Assembly: GCA_934777505.1 (NCBI GenBank)
Contig: CAKVNM010000004.1
Span: 14,527 to 78,526, forward strand
Direction of reading: 5' to 3'
DNA: 64,000 bases
Origin: an uncultured Clostridia bacterium
Lineage (GTDB): Bacteria > Bacillota > Clostridia > Christensenellales > UBA1242
The notes under the pieces: model-generated
Databases searched by the model: none
What the model was told of the DNA's origin: nothing
Seen by the model: only the letters and a program-made list of their open reading frames with translations
In this document: positions 49,108-58,755 of the stretch, in pieces
How positions within the stretch are numbered: the first letter of the stretch is position 1
Layout of the letters: each line of letters starts with the position of its first letter
Translations under genes and position numbers: made by a program

Positions 49108-49587
49108 GTGAACGAAAATTTACAACAAAAACAACAAGTAGTTGCTGAAATCAAGGATAAGTTTTCAAGAGCAAAAAGTTTGGTATTCGTTGAATACGCT
49201 GGAACAACAGTTTCACAAGTAACAGCACTTAGAAGCAATATTAGAAAAGCCAACGCAGAATACAAAGTTTACAAAAACAAACTTATGCTAAGAGCACTTA
49301 AAGAACTTGGTATCACAGGAGTAGATACTCTTGAAGGCACAACCGCAGTTGCAATCAGTTATGATGACGAAGTTGCACCAGCAAATGTTGTTGTTAACGC
49401 AGGAAAAGATAATGCAAACCTAAAAGTTAAGTTTGGTATTATCAATGGTCAAGTTGTTGATGCAAACTATGTTAATGTTTTAGCAAGCATTCCATCAAGA
49501 GATGTTCTTATTGCTCAATTACTTGGTATGTTGCAAGCACCAATTAGAAACTTGGCTTGCACATTAAAGGCTATTGCAGAAAAGTAA
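49108..49587 (+). CDS. rplJ: Ribosomal protein L10
   Basis: The GTG start follows AAGGAGG. Sequence and gene order are typical of L10. Confidence 0.9.
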   Translation: MNENLQQKQQVVAEIKDKFSRAKSLVFVEYAGTTVSQVTALRSNIRKANAEYKVYKNKLMLRALKELGITGVDTLEGTTAVAISYDDEVAPANVVVNAGKDNANLKVKFGIINGQVVDANYVNVLASIPSRDVLIAQLLGMLQAPIRNLACTLKAIAEK

Positions 49588-49632
49588 TAGTATCAATCAA
49601 AAAATTATTTAAAAATTAAGGAGAAATTAAAA

Positions 49633-50007
49633 ATGGCAGATTTAAGCAAATTTGTAGAAGAAGTTAAAGGTCTATCAGTTGTAGAACTTAATGACTTAGT
49701 TAAAATGTTAGAAGAAGAATTTGGAGTTAGCGCAGCAGCTATGGCAGTTGCAGCTCCAGCAGCAGGTGCTCCAGCAGCAGCCGCAGAAGAAAAGAGTGAA
49801 TTCAATGTTAACATCACAGCAGTTGATGCAACAAAGAAAATCGCAGCAATCAAGGTTGTTAGAGAAATCACAGGTCTTGGTCTTGGTGAAGCAAAGGCAT
49901 TGGTTGACGGTGTTCCAAGCACAGTTAAAGAAAATGTTCCAACAGAACAAGCAAAGGCTATGAAAGAACAACTTGAAGCAGCAGGTCTTACTGTTGAACT
50001 TAAATAG
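49633..50007 (+). CDS. rplL: Ribosomal protein L7/L12
   Basis: Ala-rich hinge, then [24 protein letters not shown]. Confidence 0.95.
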   Translation: MADLSKFVEEVKGLSVVELNDLVKMLEEEFGVSAAAMAVAAPAAGAPAAAAEEKSEFNVNITAVDATKKIAAIKVVREITGLGLGEAKALVDGVPSTVKENVPTEQAKAMKEQLEAAGLTVELK

Positions 50008-50027
50008 TAGTTTATTTATAATGTGTT

Positions 50028-50058
50028 AAAAAAAATCACCCAATCGGGTGATTTTTTA
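50028..50058. terminator. Bidirectional terminator after rplL
   Basis: Hairpin ATCACCC / GGGTGAT flanked by an A-run and a T-run. Confidence 0.8.
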
Positions 50059-50166
50059 TTGCTTGTTTAATTTTAATAAAGATAGAAACCGTTTTTACAA
50101 AAATCAATTTTCTTCAAAAAATATCAAAATTTTTAGATATTTTATAGCAAAACATCAAAAAAATGA

Positions 50167-50481
50167 CTATTTTTCGATAAATGTTCCGCAAATTCCATCT
50201 TTTTTGCCGTCCAAAATTGTTATTCCGTTGGCTGTGCATTTGCCGTCTTTGTTGAACAAGCAGTGAGCGTGACACAAAACTTCTATGTTGGCTTTGGCTC
50301 TAAAAGGAGCAATCTCTGGCGATTGTTCAAACATGGTGTTTGAAAGTTTTTCAATCCCGTCCTTGTTTTTGTCGTGTTCGTAAGTTCGGCAGTCGGTGCA
50401 TTTGCTAACATGAATGCCGTTTGCCTTGCAAGAATATCTGTCGTTAAACTTGCAGTTTGTTTTGTTACATCTTAAATCCAT
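50167..50481 (-). CDS. DUF1540-like Cys-rich protein
   Basis: Two repeats of the C-x2-C ... C ... C pattern (CNKTNCKFNDRYSCKANGIHV; CHAHCLFNKDGKCTANGITI), as in DUF1540. Confidence 0.65.
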   Translation of the reverse strand: MDLRCNKTNCKFNDRYSCKANGIHVSKCTDCRTYEHDKNKDGIEKLSNTMFEQSPEIAPFRAKANIEVLCHAHCLFNKDGKCTANGITILDGKKDGICGTFIEK

Positions 50482-50584
50482 TTTTCACCTTCCTAGGTTA
50501 TAATTTTTGCCAAAACATAGTGATTATATACAAGTTTTTGTTTGTCAATAATGTTTTTGAAAACTTGTAAAACACAATCAAGTA

Positions 50585-50613
50585 TTGACTAAATTTTTTG
50601 TTTGATATATAAT
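50585..50613 (+). promoter_or_regulatory. Sigma-A promoter of rplI
   Basis: TTGACT, 17-nt spacer, TATAAT (50608-50613). Confidence 0.6.
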
Positions 50614-50632
50614 ATACGCAGGAGAGAAATCT

Positions 50633-51076
50633 ATGAAAGTAATTTTATTAGTTGATGTTAAAGGCACAGGCAAAAAAGGAGATGTTTGCGAAGTTAGTGC
50701 AGGCTACGCTCAAAACTTTTTGCTAAAAACAAAAAAGGCAAAGATTGCTGACAACACTGCTCTAAACGAAAACAAACAAGCAAAGCAAGCAAAAGAATAT
50801 CACTACGAGCAAGACAAGTTGCGTGCTCAGGCAATGAAGGAAAAACTTAATAATGTTGAAGTTTTTGTTTCAATCAAGGGTGGAGAAAACGGAAGAACTT
50901 TTGGCTCTGTTACAACCGCAGAAATCGCTCAGGCTCTAAAACAACAAGGCTATGAAATCGACAAAAAGCAAATCAATCTTGCACAATCTATTAAAAATGC
51001 AGGCACTTACGATGTTGAAATTAAGTTGTTTGTTGGCATCACTGCAAAAATCAAAGTGATAGTTGAAGTTAAATAG
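50633..51076 (+). CDS. rplI: Ribosomal protein L9
   Basis: [30 protein letters not shown] is the canonical L9 N-terminus. Confidence 0.9.
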   Translation: MKVILLVDVKGTGKKGDVCEVSAGYAQNFLLKTKKAKIADNTALNENKQAKQAKEYHYEQDKLRAQAMKEKLNNVEVFVSIKGGENGRTFGSVTTAEIAQALKQQGYEIDKKQINLAQSIKNAGTYDVEIKLFVGITAKIKVIVEVK

Positions 51077-51091
51077 GGAAGACAGTAAAAC

Positions 51092-51940
51092 ATGGGAAGT
51101 TACAAAAATTTAGTTAAAGACGATATGCTTTCACAAAACACGCTCGACAAGGTGTTTCTTGACAGTGAAAAAATTAAAAAATTGAAAGCAAACAGAAAGA
51201 AAAAAAATGATAAAATCAAAACCATTTGCAGTTATACATTTTGTATATCGTTGCTATTTGGCGTTGGCGGAACAACAGTAAATTCTTGCGTGCAATCATT
51301 TGATAGATTTTCGGGAGTCAACACAAATTTGATTCGTAAAACAGTGTTCCAAACACCAGTTTGTTTAGATACAAAAGACGGCGAAGTTTTGATTAATATC
51401 AAAGATGCCTTTACAGACACACAAAAGCAACAAATTGTTGATGGAATTACAAAACTTGACAACATTCTTGATGGAATCAACTATACTGTTACATTTGAAG
51501 ATAAAGATGTAAAAAAAGCAATCAATATCACAAGTGCGGATTCAACTATCATTAAAAACGCTATGGCAGAAACCAGAAGTTATATCAATACTTTTACAGC
51601 AAGAGTAACATATCCAATGAGTATTGTTGTTAATAGCGATAGCATACGAAAAAATCCAAAGGCTCTAACAAGAATAATTCAACACGAACTTTTGCATACA
51701 CTAGGTTTTGAAGATTTGTATGACAATGACCATTTTGGATGCATGATGTATTATAGTTATACTCCACAGGATAAGTATTCGCCAGAAGAACTAGCAATAT
51801 TAAAACAAGTTTACTCCAAAGACTTTACAGGATTAAAAGAGTCTAGACCAACAACAATTATTAGACCAACCGAACTAGAAGTAATCGACAAAACCGAAAC
51901 AGAAACTTCTAGCGAACAAGATTCACAACTAATTTTTTAG
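51092..51940 (+). CDS. Membrane-anchored metzincin-like zinc protease, paralogue 1
   Basis: TM anchor. HELLHTLGFEDL (HExxHxxGxxD) followed by MMYY (Met-turn-like). Confidence 0.6.
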   Translation: MGSYKNLVKDDMLSQNTLDKVFLDSEKIKKLKANRKKKNDKIKTICSYTFCISLLFGVGGTTVNSCVQSFDRFSGVNTNLIRKTVFQTPVCLDTKDGEVLINIKDAFTDTQKQQIVDGITKLDNILDGINYTVTFEDKDVKKAINITSADSTIIKNAMAETRSYINTFTARVTYPMSIVVNSDSIRKNPKALTRIIQHELLHTLGFEDLYDNDHFGCMMYYSYTPQDKYSPEELAILKQVYSKDFTGLKESRPTTIIRPTELEVIDKTETETSSEQDSQLIF

Positions 51941-51950
51941 GAGAGAAAAA

Positions 51951-52739
51951 ATGAGAAGAAAAAAAGATGAATACAAAATTGCAGATGATGAATATGCTGA
52001 CTACGAAGCATTAACATGGAAAGACAAAGCACTCAATATTATTCTAGGATTAGAAATTACAGTTGTAATTGGTGCTATAGCAGGTGGTGTTGCAGGAAAA
52101 ATTGTTGCCGACAACAGATTTCAAGGCGTTGATGAATCAAGGTTTATCAAAACAATTTTTAATGTCCCAGCACACTTGCCAATTTCTAATGGAGAAGTTC
52201 ATTTGAACATTCTTGATGAATTTTCAGATGAAGAAAAAATGCAACTTGTAGAAGGTATTAGAAGTCTTGATGAAGATGCATCTGGCTTTAACTACAAAAT
52301 CACATTTGATAATAATGAAATAACAAAAGGTATCAATATTAAAACAAAAAAGCATGTTGAAAAAGATAGTGATTTACAAGTTATTGCGGATACTTCATTG
52401 CGTATGGGCTTTTTGTCTGCAACGATAAAATATCCTATGTCAATTTCGTTTGATATGGAAAATGTGCAAAAATATAAAGCAAATATTTCAACTGTTGTAA
52501 AACATGAATTATTGCATACTCTTGGTTTTGCTGACTTGCGAGAAGATAAAGACAGACATGAGTTGATGTACTATTGCTGTGGTGAAGATTTGAGTCTTAC
52601 TGATGAAGAGAAGAAAACTTTGAACACAGTATACTCACCTGCAAGAACAGGATTATATCAAGTTGATTATCCAACGAGCATAAAAGTTGTTGAGAATAAA
52701 AAAGTTGAAGAAGCAGAAGAAGAAATAGTTTTACAATAA
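51951..52739 (+). CDS. Membrane-anchored metzincin-like zinc protease, paralogue 2
   Basis: TM anchor. HELLHTLGFADL followed by LMYY. It is colinear with and similar to the upstream gene over most of its length. Confidence 0.6.
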   Translation: MRRKKDEYKIADDEYADYEALTWKDKALNIILGLEITVVIGAIAGGVAGKIVADNRFQGVDESRFIKTIFNVPAHLPISNGEVHLNILDEFSDEEKMQLVEGIRSLDEDASGFNYKITFDNNEITKGINIKTKKHVEKDSDLQVIADTSLRMGFLSATIKYPMSISFDMENVQKYKANISTVVKHELLHTLGFADLREDKDRHELMYYCCGEDLSLTDEEKKTLNTVYSPARTGLYQVDYPTSIKVVENKKVEEAEEEIVLQ

Positions 52740-52767
52740 AAAAACAGGAATTTTCCTGTTTTTTTGT
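52738..52767. terminator. Bidirectional terminator
   Basis: Hairpin ACAGGAA / TTCCTGT flanked by an A-run and a T-run, between convergent genes. Confidence 0.7.
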
Positions 52768-52787
52768 GCTTTTTTATTAAATTTTTG

Positions 52788-53828
52788 CTATTTTCTAACT
52801 CTTTGATAGAAAACTTCGCCTTCTTGGCTCTTAAAGTAAACGCCGATGATTTTCTTTTTCTTTGCATTGATGATAGAGAACACGGCTCTTTTTCTTGCGC
52901 CACCATAAATATTAACAGTGGTGGTGTCGCTCTTTACAAACACATTATATGCTCTAATTCTGCCCATATTGTCAACCACGGTTATGCCGTCATAGTTGAG
53001 CATATCCAAGAACAAATTGCTCATTCCAATAAGTTTTGCTTCACTCGCACTTTTGGATTGAGTGAATAGTTTATTAAAGCAGATTGGTTCTTTTAGCCAA
53101 ATTCCGTCTTTCAAAAAGCCGTCATCTTCGTAGTTTTTGTCAATAACAACGCAGATAGTGCCATGAACATTTTTAAACACATTTTCAAAAATATTGCCGT
53201 AGAGAGTTTTAATTTCTTCTAACTTTTTCTTTGTTGTTCTAAGTTTAGAAAAACTTGCGTCCACAAACTCGTTGATTTCTTCTTTGTAATTCAAAACTTT
53301 TTTGGTACATAGACCAAAGTTGATTCTAAGTTCGTTTTCTTTTAAGCCTTTAACAATAATGCAACTGTTTGTGTAGGCACTGGTTAAAAACGCATGGATT
53401 TTGTCCGCCTTTTCTTTTAGTGACCTTTTTTCAAACAAGATTGTGTTAAAATTTTTGTCTTTAATAGAATTAATGCATCTGTATATTCCATATACCAATT
53501 TGCCGTTTTCTTCAACATTGATATAAATATTCCAGTCGTGAACGCAGAAAGGGGCAAGTGCTTTCATTCTAGAGATGAACATACCTTCGTTTTCGTCATG
53601 GAACATTTCAAGAGTGTAGGAGTTTGGAATGGCTCTATCGATACTTTCGATGTCGTTGGTTATCAAAATGTTTGGCTTGATGCAAGTGCCTTCTTCTTCG
53701 TAGTTTGTTAGTTTATTAAAAAAATTTATGTACTGATTGAGCAATCCTTGTGGAAAATTCTCCCACTCCATGTTGATAAAATTAATCAAATTATCGCTAG
53801 CACTTTGATAAAAAATGTTTTCAAGCAT
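52788..53828 (-). CDS. Protein with divergent diadenylate-cyclase (DAC/DisA_N)-like C-terminal domain and unknown N-terminal domain
   Basis: The C-terminal roughly 85 aa read LNYDGITVVDNMGRIRAYNVFV ... YGGARKRAVFSI ... IGVYFKSQEGEVFY. This parallels the DAC motifs HDGAvII ... GTRHRAAlGiS ... vvVSEETG. I do not recognise the N-terminal roughly 250 aa. Confidence 0.5.
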   Translation of the reverse strand: MLENIFYQSASDNLINFINMEWENFPQGLLNQYINFFNKLTNYEEEGTCIKPNILITNDIESIDRAIPNSYTLEMFHDENEGMFISRMKALAPFCVHDWNIYINVEENGKLVYGIYRCINSIKDKNFNTILFEKRSLKEKADKIHAFLTSAYTNSCIIVKGLKENELRINFGLCTKKVLNYKEEINEFVDASFSKLRTTKKKLEEIKTLYGNIFENVFKNVHGTICVVIDKNYEDDGFLKDGIWLKEPICFNKLFTQSKSASEAKLIGMSNLFLDMLNYDGITVVDNMGRIRAYNVFVKSDTTTVNIYGGARKRAVFSIINAKKKKIIGVYFKSQEGEVFYQRVRK

Positions 53829-54005
53829 AATTAATCACATTCCTTGTTTGTTTTTGTATATTTTTTTGGGTAAAACCGCCCGAAATTCTTTTTTTCAGTG
53901 TAGCAAAAAAGGTGGACAAAGTAAAGTGTTTTAAAAAAATTCTATTCACAATTTTTGCGGTGTTTTTAAAAAGTAAAGATTAACGCTTTATTAATTTAAA
54001 ATATA

Positions 54006-54039
54006 ACAAAAAAGGCTATCTTAGTTTACTAAGACTGCC
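54006..54039 (-). terminator. Intrinsic terminator after divIC-like gene
   Basis: Interrupted hairpin (GGC..CTTAG / CTAAG..GCC) followed by a T-run on the minus strand. Confidence 0.55.
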
Positions 54040-54312
54040 TTAATATAACACTTCTTCGTTATCATATTTCATGTTTTCGTTTTCCTTGCATTTGTCTTCA
54101 ACATATTGGTTGTAGTTGTCTTCAAGGTCTTTTTTAAAATCGCTTTTTTCGTTGTACTCAGTTTGGGCTTTGCCGTATTCGCTATCAAGGGCATTGCTTT
54201 GATTTGTTAGTTTTGCAAGGCTGATATATTGAACAAGTAGCACAACGCCAAGCACAATCATCACGCTAAACGCTAGGTATTTTACAAATTTCCAAACTCT
54301 TGAACTATCCAT
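54040..54312 (-). CDS. Septum formation initiator (DivIC/FtsB-like)
   Basis: One TM (YLAFSVMIVLGVVLLV) followed by a coiled coil. The ATG at 54312 shares its A with the yabQ TGA (TGATG coupling). Its position after yabP-yabQ matches Bacillus. Confidence 0.6.
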   Translation of the reverse strand: MDSSRVWKFVKYLAFSVMIVLGVVLLVQYISLAKLTNQSNALDSEYGKAQTEYNEKSDFKKDLEDNYNQYVEDKCKENENMKYDNEEVLY

Positions 54313-54692
54313 CACTTCAACAATTTTTGCATAAGTCTTGATTTTGGCTTTGTGCAAAAAATTCTCCTATAAATTTTTACACAACCATTATACAAGAATA
54401 AAAATATTTTTTCAACTAAAAATCCTATCGAAATATGTTCAATAATGTTGCCAAGCACAAAAGCAATCAACAGGTAGAGCCTAAACTCGCCAAAATTTAA
54501 CAAGTTTTTTGCTAGAACAAAAACAACTGCGCAAAAAGTGACAAAAGCAATGTCGGTGGCAAGGCAAACAAATTTTTGATTGTTAAATGTTTTGCAAACA
54601 AGATTTTTTGCTTCAAATACTGCGCCCGACAAAACGCCAAAGTATAACATTCCCAAAAAGATTAGGGGTTGGCAAAGTGTTTCGTAAAGCAT
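54312..54692 (-). CDS. yabQ: Spore cortex biosynthesis protein YabQ
   Basis: Small multi-TM protein with NFGEFRLYLLIAFVLG, typical of the YabQ family. It lies directly after yabP. Confidence 0.7.
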   Translation of the reverse strand: MLYETLCQPLIFLGMLYFGVLSGAVFEAKNLVCKTFNNQKFVCLATDIAFVTFCAVVFVLAKNLLNFGEFRLYLLIAFVLGNIIEHISIGFLVEKIFLFLYNGCVKIYRRIFCTKPKSRLMQKLLK

Positions 54693-54699
54693 GGGCTAC

Positions 54700-54978
54700 C
54701 TATGAAAAAATCCTTTTAAAAAAGTTCTTGCCAGATTTGTTCGAGTTAAGTTTGAGCGACTTAACTTCGCCTTCGATGTCGATAAGACCCGCTGTGGTGT
54801 CGAGTTTTAAAACATGAAGTCCGCTCCCTTCCAAACTTGCAGGCTCGCCACAAATCGTCATGTTGATGCATTGCTCGGTGGCGCTAATCACTTTTGTTAC
54901 TCCTGCAATGCTTGTTTGATTTTTGTTGGTTATAACAATTTTGGAATTTTTTACTTTTTCAACCGTTTGATTTTCCAC
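54700..54978 (-). CDS. yabP: Sporulation protein YabP
   Basis: ITNKNQTSIAGVTKVISATEQCINMTICGEPASLEGSGLHVLKLDTTAGLIDIEGEVKSLKL matches the YabP family pattern. The likely start is GTG at 54978, 7 nt after GGAGAG. The track ORF extends further upstream. Confidence 0.75.
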   Translation of the reverse strand: MENQTVEKVKNSKIVITNKNQTSIAGVTKVISATEQCINMTICGEPASLEGSGLHVLKLDTTAGLIDIEGEVKSLKLNSNKSGKNFFKRIFS

Positions 54979-55170
54979 ACTATCACTCTCCAATTTTTGA
55001 TTTATATATTTTATTTTATATGTTACTAAGATATGCAAATAAAATTTTAAAAATCCCGCAATTTTGACATATTTCTTTTGAATTTGACAAAACAAGCACC
55101 TAAAATTCAAAATTTTTACTAACAGTGTTATTTTCATGAATACTATAATTTTTTTGATAGGGGAGTGTTT

Positions 55171-57483
55171 ATGAAAAAAGAAATTTTTGAAAGCAAAAAA
55201 AGTTTTAACTTTGTTATTCTAATCAAGTATATAATTTTTTTGGCTCTCATGTTTGTAATGTGGAAAGCGGTAATAAAAAACACAATTTTTCCGTTTGCAG
55301 TTGGACTTTTTGTGGCTCTATGTTGGTGCAATCAAAATGTTTTAATAATGTCGGCAATATTTGTTCTGACGGGCTATCTCGCCAACTTTTCAACAAATAT
55401 GCTGTTTGTAAACTTGTTTGCCAGCATCGTAATAATATCGGCGTTTTTCTTTCACAAAATCGCAAAAAAGCCAATCAAGGTGTGGCTACTTGCAGTATAC
55501 TTGGTGCTGAGTCAAGCACTGTTGGTTTACTTTAATATTTCGCCATATCAAGTGCTACTAAATTCTCTCATCAGCATTTTAATTAGTGCAATTTTCATGC
55601 TGGCGTGCATTAAAATTTTTAAAACTTTGCTTGTTAGGGGAGTGGGACTAAAACTCACGATTGACGAAATCATCTGCCTTTGTTTTGTACTTTTGAGTGT
55701 TAGCGTGGGACTGTCGAACATAACGATAGCACACATCGAACTTGCCAAAATATATGCAATGTTTATGATTTTGCTGTCTTGCTACTTGTTTTCGGGAACG
55801 GAAAGCATTGTTATCGCAACCGTGCTGGGACTAGGCGAAGCACTCGCCACCAATAATATTATGGTGTGCGGTGGATACGCAATCATAAGTCTTTGTGCGC
55901 TAACTTTTAGAACCAGCCACGCATACTTTTCAATCCTTGCAGGATTGCTCGCCGAAGTTGTGCTTGGATTATATTTTAACATATATGGTTCTTACACAAT
56001 CTTTTCGTTTTTGCCAATTCTTATTGGTGCGGGAATGTTTGCACTTCTTAATAAAAACACTATTTCCGTTTTAAAAATTTTGTTTGGAAGTGACCGTAAC
56101 ACGCAGGCGTCAAGAAATGTTATCAACCGAAGCCGAAACGAACTGTGCAAAAAAATGTACGAAATATCAAACATTTTTGAAGACATGAACAAGACTTTTA
56201 GAAACACTGTTCGGGGCGTTTTGCCACCAAACGAAGCCAAGCAAATGCTCACGCAAGAAGTTATGCAAAGCGTGTGCAAGGATTGTCCCGAAAGGTTTAA
56301 GTGCCTTAGAAATCTGGAAGAAGAAACTACAAAAGTGTTTGCCGAAATCGTTGCGAGCGGACTCGAACGGGGCAAAGTAACAATTCTTGATATTCCACCA
56401 TTTTTGTCCACAAGGTGTAACAAAATCAATATCATTTTGCAAACGATTAACCAACTGCTCATTAGTTACAAACAATATTCCAACATGGTGTCGTCAATGG
56501 ACACGAGCAAAATTTTGATTGCTGACCAACTTGAAGGTGTTTCAAGACTGCTTTCGTCACTTGCAACCGACACTCAAAAACAAGTCACTTTTGACATCGC
56601 AAAAGAAAATCAAATCATGGAAGAACTCAATTATCATAACATTTTGGCAAGCGAAGTTATGCTTTTTGAAAACGACACCGACACGCTTAGCGTAACAATG
56701 GTGGTGCGGGAAAGCGACAAGGACGACCTAAACATCGTCAAGGTTTTGAATAAAATTTGCAAGTGCAAAATGCTCCTTTGCTCGTCAACAATTTCTAACA
56801 CTCCAAACTTTTTTGTTAACACCTACAAGACCGCTCCAAAGTATGATTTGGTCTATGGCAGTAGCGGTTGCCCAAAGTTTGGCAACAAGGTTAGTGGAGA
56901 TAGTTTTTCGTTCATCAAACTCACGCAAGACAAAGTGCTTGTTGCAATCTGTGACGGCATGGGTGCGGGCGAAAACGCTCATAAAACCAGCGATACTGCT
57001 ATCAGTTTGATTGAAAATTTTTATAAAGCGGGCTTTGATAGTGAAATTATATTGAACAGCGTTAACAGATTTTTGAGCATGAACAGTGAAGAGAACTATT
57101 CCGCTCTTGACCTTTGTGTTGTGGATTTGAAAAACAGTAGTGCCGACTTTATCAAGGTGGGTGCGCCCGAAGGCGTAATCAAACACACGGACGAAGTCGA
57201 AGTTCTAACCGCTGGCGCTTTGCCACTTGGCATTCTCGAAGAAATGACTCCAACAATCCACAAAAAATTGCTCGTTTCTAGCGACATGATTATTCTTTTG
57301 AGTGACGGCGTGATTGATAACTTTGGAAAGTTTGAAAACTTACAAAAATTTGTTGGCATGATAGACACAACCAATCCGCAAGAGATGTCAAATATTATTT
57401 TGGAAGAAATGCTTTCAAGGTGCAACAAACGCCCAACAGACGACTGCACAGTTATCTGTGCAAGGGTGTTTGATAGGGTTTAA
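55171..57483 (+). CDS. spoIIE: Stage II sporulation protein E (PP2C phosphatase with about 10 TM segments)
   Basis: Polytopic N-terminal half. The C-terminal PP2C domain reads SGDSFSF ... ICDGMGAGENA ... LLSDGV ... DDCTVI. ATG at 55171 follows GGGGAG. Confidence 0.85.
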   Translation: MKKEIFESKKSFNFVILIKYIIFLALMFVMWKAVIKNTIFPFAVGLFVALCWCNQNVLIMSAIFVLTGYLANFSTNMLFVNLFASIVIISAFFFHKIAKKPIKVWLLAVYLVLSQALLVYFNISPYQVLLNSLISILISAIFMLACIKIFKTLLVRGVGLKLTIDEIICLCFVLLSVSVGLSNITIAHIELAKIYAMFMILLSCYLFSGTESIVIATVLGLGEALATNNIMVCGGYAIISLCALTFRTSHAYFSILAGLLAEVVLGLYFNIYGSYTIFSFLPILIGAGMFALLNKNTISVLKILFGSDRNTQASRNVINRSRNELCKKMYEISNIFEDMNKTFRNTVRGVLPPNEAKQMLTQEVMQSVCKDCPERFKCLRNLEEETTKVFAEIVASGLERGKVTILDIPPFLSTRCNKINIILQTINQLLISYKQYSNMVSSMDTSKILIADQLEGVSRLLSSLATDTQKQVTFDIAKENQIMEELNYHNILASEVMLFENDTDTLSVTMVVRESDKDDLNIVKVLNKICKCKMLLCSSTISNTPNFFVNTYKTAPKYDLVYGSSGCPKFGNKVSGDSFSFIKLTQDKVLVAICDGMGAGENAHKTSDTAISLIENFYKAGFDSEIILNSVNRFLSMNSEENYSALDLCVVDLKNSSADFIKVGAPEGVIKHTDEVEVLTAGALPLGILEEMTPTIHKKLLVSSDMIILLSDGVIDNFGKFENLQKFVGMIDTTNPQEMSNIILEEMLSRCNKRPTDDCTVICARVFDRV

Positions 57484-57557
57484 CTTAGAACCAACTTTTG
57501 TGTGACTAACAAATAATTTTCATTGAACAAACACAACTTAATGTTGGTTTATAATCA

Positions 57558-57624
57558 AGCATGAATTAAAAAAAGGAACTTTACTATAAAAGTATTGTTC
57601 CTTTATTTTTTTACAATTCATGCT
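57558..57624. terminator. Bidirectional nested hairpin between spoIIE and holA
   Basis: Outer arms AGCATGAATT / AATTCATGCT enclose inner arms AAAGGAAC / GTTCCTTT, flanked by A and T runs. Confidence 0.7.
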
Positions 57625-57751
57625 TTATTTGTGAAATATGTTTTTTAACTATTTGAGTTAACTATTTTCAAAACTTTACAATCATTAAAACTTACCAAGA
57701 GTGAAGTTTTGATAATTCAACTAATTCCACCGATTTTACTTAAAGAAAGTT

Positions 57752-58738
57752 TTAATTGGCTTTTAGTTCCAAAATTTTGAGTAGTAAAAAGTCGGTTGCG
57801 TTTTCAACGCTCATAAGTCCCGTTTTGGTTTTGTAGTCTAGTTCGGCACTAATAGTAACAATATCTTTTAGTTTTTTTGCACCAAATTTTTTTGCTTGTT
57901 CCTTGGATTTTATAACGGCATATTCCTTAACACCCAAGTTGCTTGCAATGGTTTTTGTGTCGTCACCGCTCACGATAGAGTAGAACAGTCTTCTAAAATA
58001 ACTTGACAAAATTCCCAGCACGCTCGACATTGTTTTGCGGTTTGCCATAAGGTCGTTTTTGATTAATTCTGCTTTTTTGTTGTCGCCTTTTGCAATGCTG
58101 TCGGTTAGTTCAAAAATCGAATATTCCAAGTCTTTTGGCACAAGTTCTTCAACATGATGCTTTTCGATTTTCCCACCCGAAAACGAAACGAGTTTTGTAA
58201 TCTCTTTGCTAATCTTGCTAAGATACGAGTTGCAGTAGTTTATAAGCGTTTCCATGGCGTCAATGGTTATGGTTGCTGGCGGATTGTACTGACTAAGGTT
58301 TTGCTTTATCCAGCCTTGCAAAATAGGTGCATCCAGCCTTGAACAGTCCACAACTTCGGCACTACTTTCTAGTGGCTTAAAGAACGAAGAATCTGGTAGC
58401 GTTACAATCACTAAAACAGTGCTAGCACAAGGTGTTTTCAAATATTCCTTTAACTGAGAAATAATCTCATTAGAGTTCTTGCAATCGTATTCTTTTAGTA
58501 TGACCAACTTTTTATCTGCAAAAAATGGCATGGTGTTAAGGGTGGTTACAAACTCTTTAATATCGAGATTTTCCGTGCTAAACGATTGCTTATTGATATT
58601 CGTTCTCGATAACTCGCCAAACATTTGTTTTTCAATAAGACTAACACTGCTTTCGCACAAAAAATAATCTTCGCCACTAACAATATAACATGGCAAAACC
58701 TCGGTTTGTAAACTTTTTTTCAACTGTGCAAATTTCAT
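57752..58738 (-). CDS. holA: DNA polymerase III delta subunit
   Basis: Typical N-terminus (LPCYIVSGEDYFL), a size of about 330 aa, and its position downstream of comEC as in Bacillus. Confidence 0.8.
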   Translation of the reverse strand: MKFAQLKKSLQTEVLPCYIVSGEDYFLCESSVSLIEKQMFGELSRTNINKQSFSTENLDIKEFVTTLNTMPFFADKKLVILKEYDCKNSNEIISQLKEYLKTPCASTVLVIVTLPDSSFFKPLESSAEVVDCSRLDAPILQGWIKQNLSQYNPPATITIDAMETLINYCNSYLSKISKEITKLVSFSGGKIEKHHVEELVPKDLEYSIFELTDSIAKGDNKKAELIKNDLMANRKTMSSVLGILSSYFRRLFYSIVSGDDTKTIASNLGVKEYAVIKSKEQAKKFGAKKLKDIVTISAELDYKTKTGLMSVENATDFLLLKILELKAN

Positions 58739-58755
58739 ATAATCATTTTAGCAAA

